Positions 19,391 to 28,798 of a stretch of 64,000 bases of DNA are shown one piece after another. A model generated the notes under the pieces. That model ran no database searches. It worked only from the letters and a program-made list of their open reading frames with translations, and was not told the origin of the DNA. Each line of letters begins with the position of its first letter. The first letter of the stretch is position 1. Source of the DNA: Eggerthellaceae bacterium (GTDB lineage Bacteria > Bacteroidota > Bacteroidia > Bacteroidales > Bacteroidaceae); contig CAVKHW010000002.1 of assembly GCA_963656105.1 (NCBI GenBank), forward strand, positions 78,436 through 142,435, given 5' to 3'. Position numbers and translations under genes: made by a program.

Positions 19391-19563
19391 TAATGCGTTT
19401 TTAATCTTTTGATTTTCAATAAGTTAGCTGACGGAGCTAAGCAGGGCAAAACCCCGGATGCACCATGGGCAAAGCCGGATGCCAAAAAATATTCCTTCAG
19501 AAGCTGAAAGACACCTATCTGATGTGTGGCTGACGGTTTTTCGAGCAAAGGCCGGATGTTTTT

Positions 19564-21135
19564 CTAAAAGGGAGCCTTAGCCGTGAAGGTGACCATCTTG
19601 CCTGTTGTGGGGTGGCGGAATGTGATTTGCTCGGCATGAAGGTATAGCCGGTCGGCTTTCATGCCATAGAGCTCGTCGCCCACGATGGGGTTGTTGAGAC
19701 CCTCGCGGTGTGCGCAGTGTATGCGGAGCTGGTGTGTGCGCCCTGTGAGCGGATAGAGGTTGACCCGCCTTTGGCCAGTCTTTTCATAGACCGACACAGC
19801 CTTCCGGCCGTTCACCGCATCGATTACTTGGCGCGGTCTGTCGTCGAGGTCGGGGCGTAAGGGCAGCGATATGGTTCCGGTTGGTTGCTCCACGTTGCGG
19901 CTCAGCAGCGCCACATACCGCTTGCGCACTTCGTGCCGGGCAAACTGTGCTTGCAGGCAGGTATAGGCATCGATGGTCTTGGTGATGACCATCAGTCCAC
20001 TGGTGGCCATGTCGAGCCTGTGCACGATGAGCGGGCAGGCGGCTTGTGGGTAGCGTTTGCGCATGACCTGCTCCACGCTTTCGCGTGCGCTCTTGCCCGG
20101 CACGCTAAGCATGCCGGCGGGTTTCACCACCACGCAGACGGCATCGTCTTCGTAAAGCACAGCAAGTTCGTGGTGGGTGGGTTGCTCCAGTGGGTTGGGC
20201 ATCACGTCGATGCCCTGCAGCATCCAGTTCAGTATAGGTTTGCACCGTTTGTTGCAAGCCGGGTAATATTGTCCTTGGTGGCGCACCTCGCATTTCGGGC
20301 TCTCGCCCCACCACATCATGGCCATGCTGACGGGGCGCATGGCGTGGGTGTAGGCATACTGCAGCAGTTTGGGTTCGCAACACTCTCCGCTGCCACTCGG
20401 TGGAAGCGTATCGAAGATGTGCAGCAAGTCGCAGCGCTTTCCCTGGCCGTTCGTCATAACGAAACGGGCAAAAAGCCACCGCTGCAGGTTGTCGCTTTTT
20501 TGTCGGCGCAGACGCTTGAGTGACAATATGCGGTCGTCGGCTTCTTTCCGCTTGGTTTGTTGTTGCTCTGCCTTTAACTTGTGGCGCAGTTTCCATCGGT
20601 GCAGTTCGGCATTTTCAAACTGTCGCCGTTTCGTGTATTCGTCGTTGGTTTCGTTTTCCTTTCTTCCTTTTGTGCAGACGGGGCGAGGGTCTTCGTCGTT
20701 GGTGTCCGTATCCGTTTCGCTGTCCTTTTCCCGTTCGTTTTCCATTCTGGCTATCTCCCGGTTCAGACCCACTATTTCGGCTTCGTGGCGCTTGAAGTGG
20801 CCGTCGGGTTGCAGATAATCGAACACGGCCGGCACGAAGTGGGGCCAGTCGCTGCGTCCGCCAAGCTGCCCGCTATATCCGGCGAGGTAGCCCAAGGCAT
20901 CGTCGGCCTCACGTCTCACCACCAACACGCCGAACATCTTGCCTCTGTTGGCCTCCTCCCGAAACGAGTCAGTGGCAGGCGAAGCCGCAAAAGGGCTGTT
21001 GTCGCCATGCAGCCATGCAGCCAGTTGGTCCATGGCCTGCCGGCAAATGGGGTGAGGCTCGTAGTAGAAAGGATTGTTGAACAGGTCGGGTAGCTGACCG
21101 ACCGTCTGAAGGGGATGGAAAACTGTGTGGTTCAT
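19564..21135 (-). CDS. Long-form RluA-family pseudouridine synthase with large N-terminal extension
   Basis: VVKPAGMLSVPG, VHRLDMATSGL, TGRTHQLRIH, IVGDELYG, RLYLHA. Start reassigned to 21135 to avoid overlap with the upstream gene. Confidence 0.88.
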   Translation of the reverse strand: MNHTVFHPLQTVGQLPDLFNNPFYYEPHPICRQAMDQLAAWLHGDNSPFAASPATDSFREEANRGKMFGVLVVRREADDALGYLAGYSGQLGGRSDWPHFVPAVFDYLQPDGHFKRHEAEIVGLNREIARMENEREKDSETDTDTNDEDPRPVCTKGRKENETNDEYTKRRQFENAELHRWKLRHKLKAEQQQTKRKEADDRILSLKRLRRQKSDNLQRWLFARFVMTNGQGKRCDLLHIFDTLPPSGSGECCEPKLLQYAYTHAMRPVSMAMMWWGESPKCEVRHQGQYYPACNKRCKPILNWMLQGIDVMPNPLEQPTHHELAVLYEDDAVCVVVKPAGMLSVPGKSARESVEQVMRKRYPQAACPLIVHRLDMATSGLMVITKTIDAYTCLQAQFARHEVRKRYVALLSRNVEQPTGTISLPLRPDLDDRPRQVIDAVNGRKAVSVYEKTGQRRVNLYPLTGRTHQLRIHCAHREGLNNPIVGDELYGMKADRLYLHAEQITFRHPTTGKMVTFTAKAPF

Positions 21136-21142
21136 ACGCAGG

Positions 21143-21172
21143 AAAAGGATGGCAGGCGCATCTGCCATCCTT
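21143..21172 (-). terminator. Hairpin between nucleoside kinase and rluA genes
   Basis: AAGGATGGCAG-N6-CTGCCATCCTT; short U-run on the minus strand. Confidence 0.55.
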
Positions 21173-21208
21173 GTTTGGAAAGAATGAAGATAATGGTTGG
21201 AATGCCGC

Positions 21209-22870
21209 TCAATACTTGAACGAACTGCCGCCGAGAAATTCGCGCAAGAGGCTTGTTGGCGGAATGTCTTTGTTGGGAATGGGCTGTATGTATCGCAGGA
21301 ACTTGCGCAACCGATAAGCCTCCGAATATTCTTCGCAGTTTTCGGGCACTTGCTCGAGCAGGGGCTCGGCCTGCTGCTTGATGACAGCCAGCTCGAAAAG
21401 CATGGCCGAGTTGAACATGGCATCGGCGTGTTCCTGGAAAGGGAAGATCCATTTGTTCTCGCCAGCCCTTACCGATGGCCAGCGGTGGATGGTCTCCTGC
21501 GCGTTGACACCGCGGTATTTGTAGTCGCGTATGATGCGGCGCAGCAGTCGGTTGTCGGTGGTGGGTATGTAGTTGTGGTCGTCGAGCAGGATGGTGGTGA
21601 GAGCCGATGCATAGACGCGAAACTTCTGCTGCTCGGGCACTTGGGCTGTCAGCACCGGGTTGAGAGCGTGTATACCCTCCACTACCAGCACATTGCTTTC
21701 GTCCATCTTCAGCCGTTTGCCGCTTTTTTCGCTGGTGCCTGTCTGGAAATTGTACTTGGGCAGCTCCACCTCTTCGCCACGGAACAGGGCATTGAACTGC
21801 TCGTTGATGAGTTTCAGATTGAGCGCATACACACTCTCGTAGTCGTATTCGCCATTCTCGTCCTTGGGGGTGAGGTGCCGGTCTACAAAGTAATCGTCGA
21901 GCGATATCTGCAGCGGCTTGATGCCGTTGGTAAGCAGCTGGATGGACAACCGCTTACAGGTGGTGGTCTTGCCCGACGACGAAGGGCCGGCCAGTAGTAT
22001 GAGCTTCACTCCCTTGCGGTTGGCTATCTCCTCGGCAATCTTCGATATTTTCTTCTCCTGCAAGGCCTCCGAAACGTTGATGATGCTGGTGGTCAGTCCG
22101 GCTTTCACCAGCTCGTTGAAGTCGCCCACGGTACGCACACCCATGATGTCTTGCCAGTGGTGATGCTCCTTGAATATCTCGAACATCTTGTCCTGATGCG
22201 TCATTTCGGGCAATACCCCAGGATTCTTGAGGTCGGGTATGCGTAGCAGCAAACCGTCGAAATACTTTTCGAGACCGAAGAGGTACAGTTTCGAGGTGTT
22301 GGTCAGCAGTGCCCCGTAGTAGTAATCCACATAGTCGCCGATCTGATAATAAGTGGTGTAGAGCGTGCCCGACGACCTTAGCAGCTTGGCCTTGGCTACA
22401 TGGCCTTTCTCTTCGAACATGCAGACAGCCTCGTCGGTAGGCACCTCAAAACGCCTCACGGGTAGTTGGGCGTCGATGATGGCTTGCATCTGCCGACGTA
22501 TGCGATCCACATCGTCGAGCCCTACGTCGTGGCCTATATTCAGGTTGACATAGTAGCCGTTGCTTACGGGTATGTCTATGACAACGCTACTGTTGGGATA
22601 GAGGTCTTGCACGGCCTTGCAGAGCACGAAAAACAATGTCCGTGTGTAGCTGCGCGAGCCCGAACCGCTGGTCATGTCCAGAAACTCCACATCCTTGTTG
22701 TGGTACAGCCGGAAATTCAGTCCTTCCACCTTATTGTTAACCTTTGCAACTACCGGGCCGTAAGGCATATCCAAATTAAACTCCTTGAAAACGTCAGAAA
22801 GTGTGCTTCCGATAGCTACTTCTTTAGTTTTTTTATTATTTTTGCAACGGATTTGAATTACTTGTTTCAT
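21209..22870 (-). CDS. Nucleoside (uridine) kinase family protein with ThrRS-like N-terminal region
   Basis: P-loop AGPSSSGKTT, ISLDDYF, VEGIHALN, TTDNRLLRR, LLREFLGGS. Confidence 0.85.
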   Translation of the reverse strand: MKQVIQIRCKNNKKTKEVAIGSTLSDVFKEFNLDMPYGPVVAKVNNKVEGLNFRLYHNKDVEFLDMTSGSGSRSYTRTLFFVLCKAVQDLYPNSSVVIDIPVSNGYYVNLNIGHDVGLDDVDRIRRQMQAIIDAQLPVRRFEVPTDEAVCMFEEKGHVAKAKLLRSSGTLYTTYYQIGDYVDYYYGALLTNTSKLYLFGLEKYFDGLLLRIPDLKNPGVLPEMTHQDKMFEIFKEHHHWQDIMGVRTVGDFNELVKAGLTTSIINVSEALQEKKISKIAEEIANRKGVKLILLAGPSSSGKTTTCKRLSIQLLTNGIKPLQISLDDYFVDRHLTPKDENGEYDYESVYALNLKLINEQFNALFRGEEVELPKYNFQTGTSEKSGKRLKMDESNVLVVEGIHALNPVLTAQVPEQQKFRVYASALTTILLDDHNYIPTTDNRLLRRIIRDYKYRGVNAQETIHRWPSVRAGENKWIFPFQEHADAMFNSAMLFELAVIKQQAEPLLEQVPENCEEYSEAYRLRKFLRYIQPIPNKDIPPTSLLREFLGGSSFKY

Positions 22871-22974
22871 CTTGATGACATTTAGGCAATTGCTGCCAGT
22901 TGTTGAAATCGGGTGTAAATGTAATCATTTCCCCCATAATCCCAAAGGTATCGCACAACAAAATATGTGAAAAT

Positions 22975-24663
22975 ATGTGGATTCTTCTTTTAAAAATTGT
23001 TGGAGCCCTTGCCCTTCTCATCTATGGCATGAAGGTCATGAGCGAGGCTCTGCAGAAGTTGGCCGGACCCCAGCTTCGCCATGTGCTCAGCGCCATGACC
23101 ACCAATAGGGTCTCGGGAGTGCTCACGGGTATGTTCACCACGGTCGCCGTGCAGTCGTCAACAGCCACCACCGTAATGACGGTATCGTTTGTCAACGCCG
23201 GGTTGTTGACCTTGGTGCAAGCCATTTCGGTCATTATGGGTGCCAATATCGGCACCACGCTGACGGCTTGGATTATGTCTGCCGGTTTCTCCTTTAAGAT
23301 CAGCAACTTCGTGTGGCCAGTTTTCCTCATAGGCTTGTTGCTTATTTATTCCAAGAAACGCCGGTACATAGGCGACTTTCTTTTCGGCATTTCCTTCATG
23401 TTTCTGGCCCTGACCACACTGGGCGAGTCGCAGGTGCCTCCCGCAGAAATGGCTATCCTAAAATCCTTTTTTGCCAGTTTCGATCCCAATAGTTTTGGCA
23501 CCATCCTGTTGTTCCTCCTCTTTGGCACCATCATGACGTGCATATTGCAGAGCTCCGCAGCACTGATGGCCATCACCATGATGCTTTGCACACAGGCCAA
23601 TCTGCCCATCTATCTGGGCATAGCGTTGGTGATGGGTGAAAACATCGGCACCACCCTCACAGCCAATCTCATAGCTCTGACGGCCAACACCGAGGCGCGC
23701 CGCGCCGCGTTCGGTCATCTATTCTTCAATGTCTTTGGTGTAATCTGGGTACTTGTCGTGTTCCGACTCTTTGTGAATGTAGCTTGCAGCTTGGTGGGTT
23801 TCGACCCATCCGACCCCAGTGTTGCACCGTCCTCTACCCAAATCACGTTCTCGCTGGCCGCTTTCCACACCTGTTTCAATATATCGAACACCATCATCCT
23901 GCTGCCCTTTGTGAAGCAAGTGGCCAAAGTCTGCTGCATGGTATGGAAGCCGAAACCCAACAAGGACGAGGACGATTTCCGCTTGCGTTTCATATCAACG
24001 GGTATCATGAAGACCCCCGAACTGTCGGTACTCGAGGCGCAAAAGGAAATACAGAGCTTCGCCGAACGCATCCAGCGCATGTTTGGCATGGTGCGCGAGT
24101 TGCTGGGCGAGACCGACGACGACAAGTTTGTGAAGCTTTACACGCGTATAGAGAAGTACGAGGGCATATCCGACAATATGGAACTGGAGATAGCCAAGTA
24201 TCTCGACAACGTGTCGAACGCCCACCTCTCCGACGAGACCAAAGAGAAAGTGCGCGCCATGTTGCGTGAAATATCCGAGATAGAGAGTATCGGCGACAGC
24301 AACTATAATCTGGCTCGAACCATCAGTCGATTGAAGAACAGCAAGGAAGGGTTCACCGAAGCGCAGTACGAACATATCCATCAGATGTTCGAACTGACCG
24401 ATGATGCGCTCTCGCAGATGAATGTAATGCTCAAGGGACATAAGGATGAGCTTGATGCCAACCGTTCATTCAACGTGGAAAACGAAATCAACAATTACCG
24501 CAACCAGCTCCGCACGCAGAATATCACGGACGTGAACGACCATCAATACACCTATACCGTCGGCACGATGTATATGGATATCATACAAGAGTGCGAGCGT
24601 TTGGGCGACTTTGTTGTCAACGTCGTGGAGGCGCGCATGGGTGTCCGGCAGACCGCCGCGTAA
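22975..24663 (+). CDS. Na/Pi cotransporter family protein with PhoU-like C-terminal domains
   Basis: Two QSS...GANIGTT / GENIGTT repeats; helical C-terminus ending ERLGD. Confidence 0.92.
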   Translation: MWILLLKIVGALALLIYGMKVMSEALQKLAGPQLRHVLSAMTTNRVSGVLTGMFTTVAVQSSTATTVMTVSFVNAGLLTLVQAISVIMGANIGTTLTAWIMSAGFSFKISNFVWPVFLIGLLLIYSKKRRYIGDFLFGISFMFLALTTLGESQVPPAEMAILKSFFASFDPNSFGTILLFLLFGTIMTCILQSSAALMAITMMLCTQANLPIYLGIALVMGENIGTTLTANLIALTANTEARRAAFGHLFFNVFGVIWVLVVFRLFVNVACSLVGFDPSDPSVAPSSTQITFSLAAFHTCFNISNTIILLPFVKQVAKVCCMVWKPKPNKDEDDFRLRFISTGIMKTPELSVLEAQKEIQSFAERIQRMFGMVRELLGETDDDKFVKLYTRIEKYEGISDNMELEIAKYLDNVSNAHLSDETKEKVRAMLREISEIESIGDSNYNLARTISRLKNSKEGFTEAQYEHIHQMFELTDDALSQMNVMLKGHKDELDANRSFNVENEINNYRNQLRTQNITDVNDHQYTYTVGTMYMDIIQECERLGDFVVNVVEARMGVRQTAA

Positions 24664-24712
24664 TCTATGCCTGTCTGCATCCTTGTCTTTGGCAAGCAAT
24701 GTTTTAACATAA

Positions 24713-24749
24713 CAAGCGCCTTCTCCTTACGAAAAGGAGGAGGCGCTTG
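24713..24749. terminator. Probable bidirectional terminator
   Basis: CAAGCGCCTTCTCCTT-N5-AAGGAGGAGGCGCTTG. Confidence 0.65.
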
Positions 24750-24765
24750 CGTTAGTTTTGTGCCA

Positions 24766-24836
24766 GAAAGATGTGTCAGACGGTACGGAAAGATATGTCA
24801 GACGGTACGGAAAGATATGTCTGACTGTTCAGAAGG
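24766..24836. repeat. 22-bp tandem repeat x3
   Basis: GAAAGATGTGTCAGACGGTACG / GAAAGATATGTCAGACGGTACG / GAAAGATATGTCTGACTGTTCA. Confidence 0.85.
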
Positions 24837-24854
24837 AGAGTTACAGACCTCCGT

Positions 24855-26207
24855 TTAGCTTTGCGGCTGTTCTTCGTTTTGCATGTGTTTCAGCCGCATC
24901 AGTGCTTCAAGATAGTAATAGTCGGCATAGATGATGCTTGCGTCGATTTCAGAACCGGCTGGATGATGTCCGGTACTGTGCAATAGGAAACTAACGTTTT
25001 TGTCGCCACTTTGGTAGGCAGGCGTACTCAGTTGGCGTAAACTTTCCACGGCAAAGCGGCGGTAGAACATGCCATGCGTGCCTTTCGCATAGCGGCTCAG
25101 CTCCAGCAGGGCGTCGGCTGCCACACATGCCGCGCTGGCATCTTTGGCCGCTTCAGGGTCAGGATCGTCGAAATCCCACTTGGGTACGAGGTCATAGTTG
25201 CTGAGTGCTGCGTCCTGCTGCTTCGTCTTGTTGCCTTGTACGCAATGGCCAGAAGGAATGAGCCTGCTTATGTAGGCATCGGCCACATGGCGCGCAAAGG
25301 ACAAAAACACGGGTAGTCTTGTCCATCTGTAGACCATGGTGTAGCCATAAATGGCCCAGGCTTGTCCACGAGCCCACATCGATTGGTCGCTATAGCCCTG
25401 GTGGGTTACACCGCGCAGGAAATGGCCGTCGATGGTGTCGTACACCGCCACGTGATAACATGATCCGTCAGCACGAAACTGGTGACGCATGGTTGCTGTG
25501 GCATGACTCACCGCTATGTCGCTCAGCAAGCGGTTGCCTCCGTTGTGTGCCGCCCAAAACAACAGGTCGAGGTTCATCATGTTGTCCATGATGGTGTTGT
25601 GTCCACCGAACAATTTTACGTTGCGTGGCCAGCTCAGCAATGTTCCAGATAGTGGATTGAAGAGTGTGGCCAGCGAGTCGGCCGAAGTCAGCAGCACCTT
25701 TTTGTAATCTTCGTTGCCATTAACTTCATAGCCTTTGCCGTAAGAACAAAACATGAGAAATCCGATATCGTGGTCGAATACGGGGCGATAGGCAATGTTG
25801 TGGAGGCTCTCCGTGTAGCCCTCGGCTGCTTTCCGCACCTGCTCCTCGCCTGTTAGCGCATAGTCCATCCATAGTATGCCTGGCCAAAATCCCGAGCACC
25901 ATTCTTCGGCAGAGACTCGACGGCAATTCCATCCCTGTTGTTGGTCGTTGGCAAGGATGTTGCGAGGCTGTAGGGAAAAGATACAGCCGGTGTGGGATTG
26001 TTGCAGGATAGTCAAGGCCTTCTTTATCTGTCGGTGGCAGTAGTCGAGCTCACGGTCTACCGAAAAAGCCTGTTTGGCTTCTGCGGTGTTTGCTGACAAA
26101 AAGAATGCAAGACTGGCGAAGGTACACAAAATAGGATGCAAAGAATCTTTGATATGAGATGTATTCATGTTGCAGATGTTGTTAATGCAGGTATTCCTGA
26201 TGTTCAT
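24855..26207 (-). CDS. Unsaturated glucuronyl hydrolase (GH88 family)
   Basis: WCSGFWPGILW, HDIGF, TIMDNMMNL, QGYSDQSMWARGQAWAIYG, KDASAA, YADYYYLEAL. ATG 26207 overlaps the upstream stop. Confidence 0.9.
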   Translation of the reverse strand: MNIRNTCINNICNMNTSHIKDSLHPILCTFASLAFFLSANTAEAKQAFSVDRELDYCHRQIKKALTILQQSHTGCIFSLQPRNILANDQQQGWNCRRVSAEEWCSGFWPGILWMDYALTGEEQVRKAAEGYTESLHNIAYRPVFDHDIGFLMFCSYGKGYEVNGNEDYKKVLLTSADSLATLFNPLSGTLLSWPRNVKLFGGHNTIMDNMMNLDLLFWAAHNGGNRLLSDIAVSHATATMRHQFRADGSCYHVAVYDTIDGHFLRGVTHQGYSDQSMWARGQAWAIYGYTMVYRWTRLPVFLSFARHVADAYISRLIPSGHCVQGNKTKQQDAALSNYDLVPKWDFDDPDPEAAKDASAACVAADALLELSRYAKGTHGMFYRRFAVESLRQLSTPAYQSGDKNVSFLLHSTGHHPAGSEIDASIIYADYYYLEALMRLKHMQNEEQPQS

Positions 26208-28534
26208 TTCACCACGCATCGGCCTTTAACGGTCATGCCGTTGTAACTCATACTGCTGTCATCGGCCGATGAGAACACGTAGCGAGTGTGTCCGTCCTTC
26301 AGGTCTATGCGTATGCCCACGGCAGCGGGGTCGGTGCTTTTAGGCTTGAAGAAACTCACTCCCGCTATTTCGGAAGGCTCGGAGGCCGATGTTGGTTCAT
26401 AGACAGCGACGAACGGGTGTGTCCAGGCTTCGCCCCATTGGCGTGCCACATAGGTCAGCACGGGTTGCCGGTCGATGTCGTACGGTTCATCTTTCATGCG
26501 TTCATATTCCCTGTTGACGGGTGCGAGGGCACTGAACACTTCGCGTGCGCTATCGCCCTGCATCCATAAGGTCATGCTGATGGTGTCTGTGGTATGGGCC
26601 AGGGCGTTGTTGTTGTTGGGTGTAATGGTGAACTGCACCTTTACGTCGGCTTCCGTCTTCACTCTCTTCTTGTTGTAGATGTAGGAGTAGGCGTAGAGAT
26701 GCCCGCCTGCGAAGGCCAGTTCGTCAGTAGGCTGCAGATTGAGTGCGGAGCCGTTGGCAGCCGTGATGTTCATGTCCTGTCCCAAGTTGTGGTAGAAGTA
26801 ATCGTGGAACTTGTCGTTGCCGTTGCGTCGTCGGCTTCTGAAGATGTCAACATAGAAACCGCCCGTTGGCGATGTTTTCACGATGGCATTGGTGCGTTGC
26901 TGGTCGCTCATTGTTTCGGGCTCTACAAATGCGACGACGCTGAAGATCGCGCGGTTGCCGTCGACCGTAGTTACCTGTCCGCTGTCGATCACCTCGAAAG
27001 CGTGTTGCGACATCATGATGGGGTAGCTTGAAATGCCGTCGACACACACAGTGTTGTGGGCTGGCATTTGCGAGTAGTACTCGGCATAGTCGAGGCCGTT
27101 GTACAGATGTTCTCCGATGCCGGCATCGGGTCCCAGCACCCATCCCTTGCCATAGAGCTCCATGGATATGCCGTTGGCGTGCTGGTGATTGCCCAACGAG
27201 CCGTTGAGCGAAACCATAAGGTCGTGCCGGCGGTTCATGCCTGTGCGCAAGGCAAGCCACGACACGTTGGCGGCATGAAAGATGGGCGACACGAAGCGAG
27301 CCACTTCGGTGTCGGCTGCAGTGGGGTGCACGGCCGTTTTCAGCTGATCCAGCGATTTGGCCAGCGACGTGTTGTGGTGGCGTATGGCATAGCTGGCGTA
27401 AGCGTCGATGGCCTTGGTGCTGAGATAACCGGGGTGCGTATCGCCGAAGCCCGCTATCATGCGGTTGGGGAAGAGATATTGCGGCAAGGCAAACACCGCC
27501 TTTCGCAAAACCGGCAACTGGTGGAAAATGTCGATGTTTGCCTCGCGGTCGAGCTTGTCGGCAAAGGCACAGAAGTCGCCCACCACCATCTGGCTGTAGC
27601 CAGGAGCCTCATACCAGATGCCTGTAGCGTTGTCGAATCCGAAATTGGCCAGCGGTTTCAGTCCCCACTGTCGTATGCTGCTCCGCTCCACGATTAGGTC
27701 GAGATAATATTCGTGTCCATGGCTGTCGGCGTAGTGTTTGTCGGTTTGCAGCACACTGGCAATCTTTTCCACAAACTCAGCTTGTATCAGGTTCCAGTTG
27801 TTGTGAGGCACTCCGTTTGCCACGATGTTGTCGGCCCATTTTTTGAAGGCAGCTTCGTAGATTTCTCGGTCTTTTCTGATGTACTTGCCCAAGAGCCGAT
27901 AAATTTTTACCAGAGGCGTGATGGCTTCCTCGTGAATGACCTCAAATGTGGTCATGCCGACCAGAGTCTGCTGGTGGCCATGATTGAGGTCGATGGGTAC
28001 GTTGCGGTAATAGATACCGCGCATGAACGTGTCGAATACTCCTAAGGCCAGTTGGGCGTAGCGTTTGTCGCCCTCCAGTGCGTAGAGCTGTGCGGCATCG
28101 GCTGCCAGCCCCAGTATCTGCCGGTTTAGGCCGTCGATGTTGCAGCCCGTCTTGGCTGGGTGCGCTTTTTCCATCCTGCCCGTGGCACGGTTCACGAAGG
28201 TGACGTTGCCCAAGCTGTCGTCGTCGTAGGGCACCACCTCGTCGAGCGCAGGACGGTTGTAGAGCGAGGCCGTACCGCGTGTGCCGTTGTACTTGACGGT
28301 GGGTGCGGGAGCCCGTAGGCCACCAGGATGATCGAATGCTTCGCCGCGCACAAATACATCGGAGGCATGTGTGGTCCAGTACATTTGCAGGCGCGAGAGG
28401 AGCCAGTCGGGTTGCCGCTCCACATGTTGCAGGATAGGATCCACACGTTGGTGCAGCCGGCTTGCGTCGTCCGGTTGCGCTTGCAGGCAGACAACAGCCG
28501 TCATTGACAAGAGGCAGAGAAAGAGTCGTTTCAT
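26204..28534 (-). CDS. Heparinase II/III-family polysaccharide lyase
   Basis: Signal peptide; HNNWN, GIWYEAPGYS, GFGD, GNHQHAN, PAHNTVCVDG, DYFYHN. PL family and substrate not resolvable by eye. Confidence 0.78.
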   Translation of the reverse strand: MKRLFLCLLSMTAVVCLQAQPDDASRLHQRVDPILQHVERQPDWLLSRLQMYWTTHASDVFVRGEAFDHPGGLRAPAPTVKYNGTRGTASLYNRPALDEVVPYDDDSLGNVTFVNRATGRMEKAHPAKTGCNIDGLNRQILGLAADAAQLYALEGDKRYAQLALGVFDTFMRGIYYRNVPIDLNHGHQQTLVGMTTFEVIHEEAITPLVKIYRLLGKYIRKDREIYEAAFKKWADNIVANGVPHNNWNLIQAEFVEKIASVLQTDKHYADSHGHEYYLDLIVERSSIRQWGLKPLANFGFDNATGIWYEAPGYSQMVVGDFCAFADKLDREANIDIFHQLPVLRKAVFALPQYLFPNRMIAGFGDTHPGYLSTKAIDAYASYAIRHHNTSLAKSLDQLKTAVHPTAADTEVARFVSPIFHAANVSWLALRTGMNRRHDLMVSLNGSLGNHQHANGISMELYGKGWVLGPDAGIGEHLYNGLDYAEYYSQMPAHNTVCVDGISSYPIMMSQHAFEVIDSGQVTTVDGNRAIFSVVAFVEPETMSDQQRTNAIVKTSPTGGFYVDIFRSRRRNGNDKFHDYFYHNLGQDMNITAANGSALNLQPTDELAFAGGHLYAYSYIYNKKRVKTEADVKVQFTITPNNNNALAHTTDTISMTLWMQGDSAREVFSALAPVNREYERMKDEPYDIDRQPVLTYVARQWGEAWTHPFVAVYEPTSASEPSEIAGVSFFKPKSTDPAAVGIRIDLKDGHTRYVFSSADDSSMSYNGMTVKGRCVVK

Positions 28535-28798
28535 GTTATTGGCGTATGGTGATGAAGGCCGTTTAGGCCGTCTTCCTTATTTTAATACGGCTGTGGCGGC
28601 CAAAACACTTATCTTTTTTTCGACAAGCAGTGTGCATATTTTTGTTTCATGCTATAGAAGAGGCATCTCTGTAGAGGTCTGGACTGTGGTGGCTGGCGAT
28701 AAGAAAAAACTGGCTGTGATGCACAATTATAGCCGTAGAAAGATGGTGTTTACGCCTTTTCGTGTTAATTTTGCATCAATAAACTACATATATTTTAT

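Noticed and set aside
21136..21423. 5' extension of the RluA ORF overlapping the kinase gene (similarly 51017-51562 for folP, 55297-55662 for the sugar kinase, 17896-18072 for aroQ)
   Set aside because: Artefact of longest-ORF calling; recognisable protein sequence starts at downstream ATGs.
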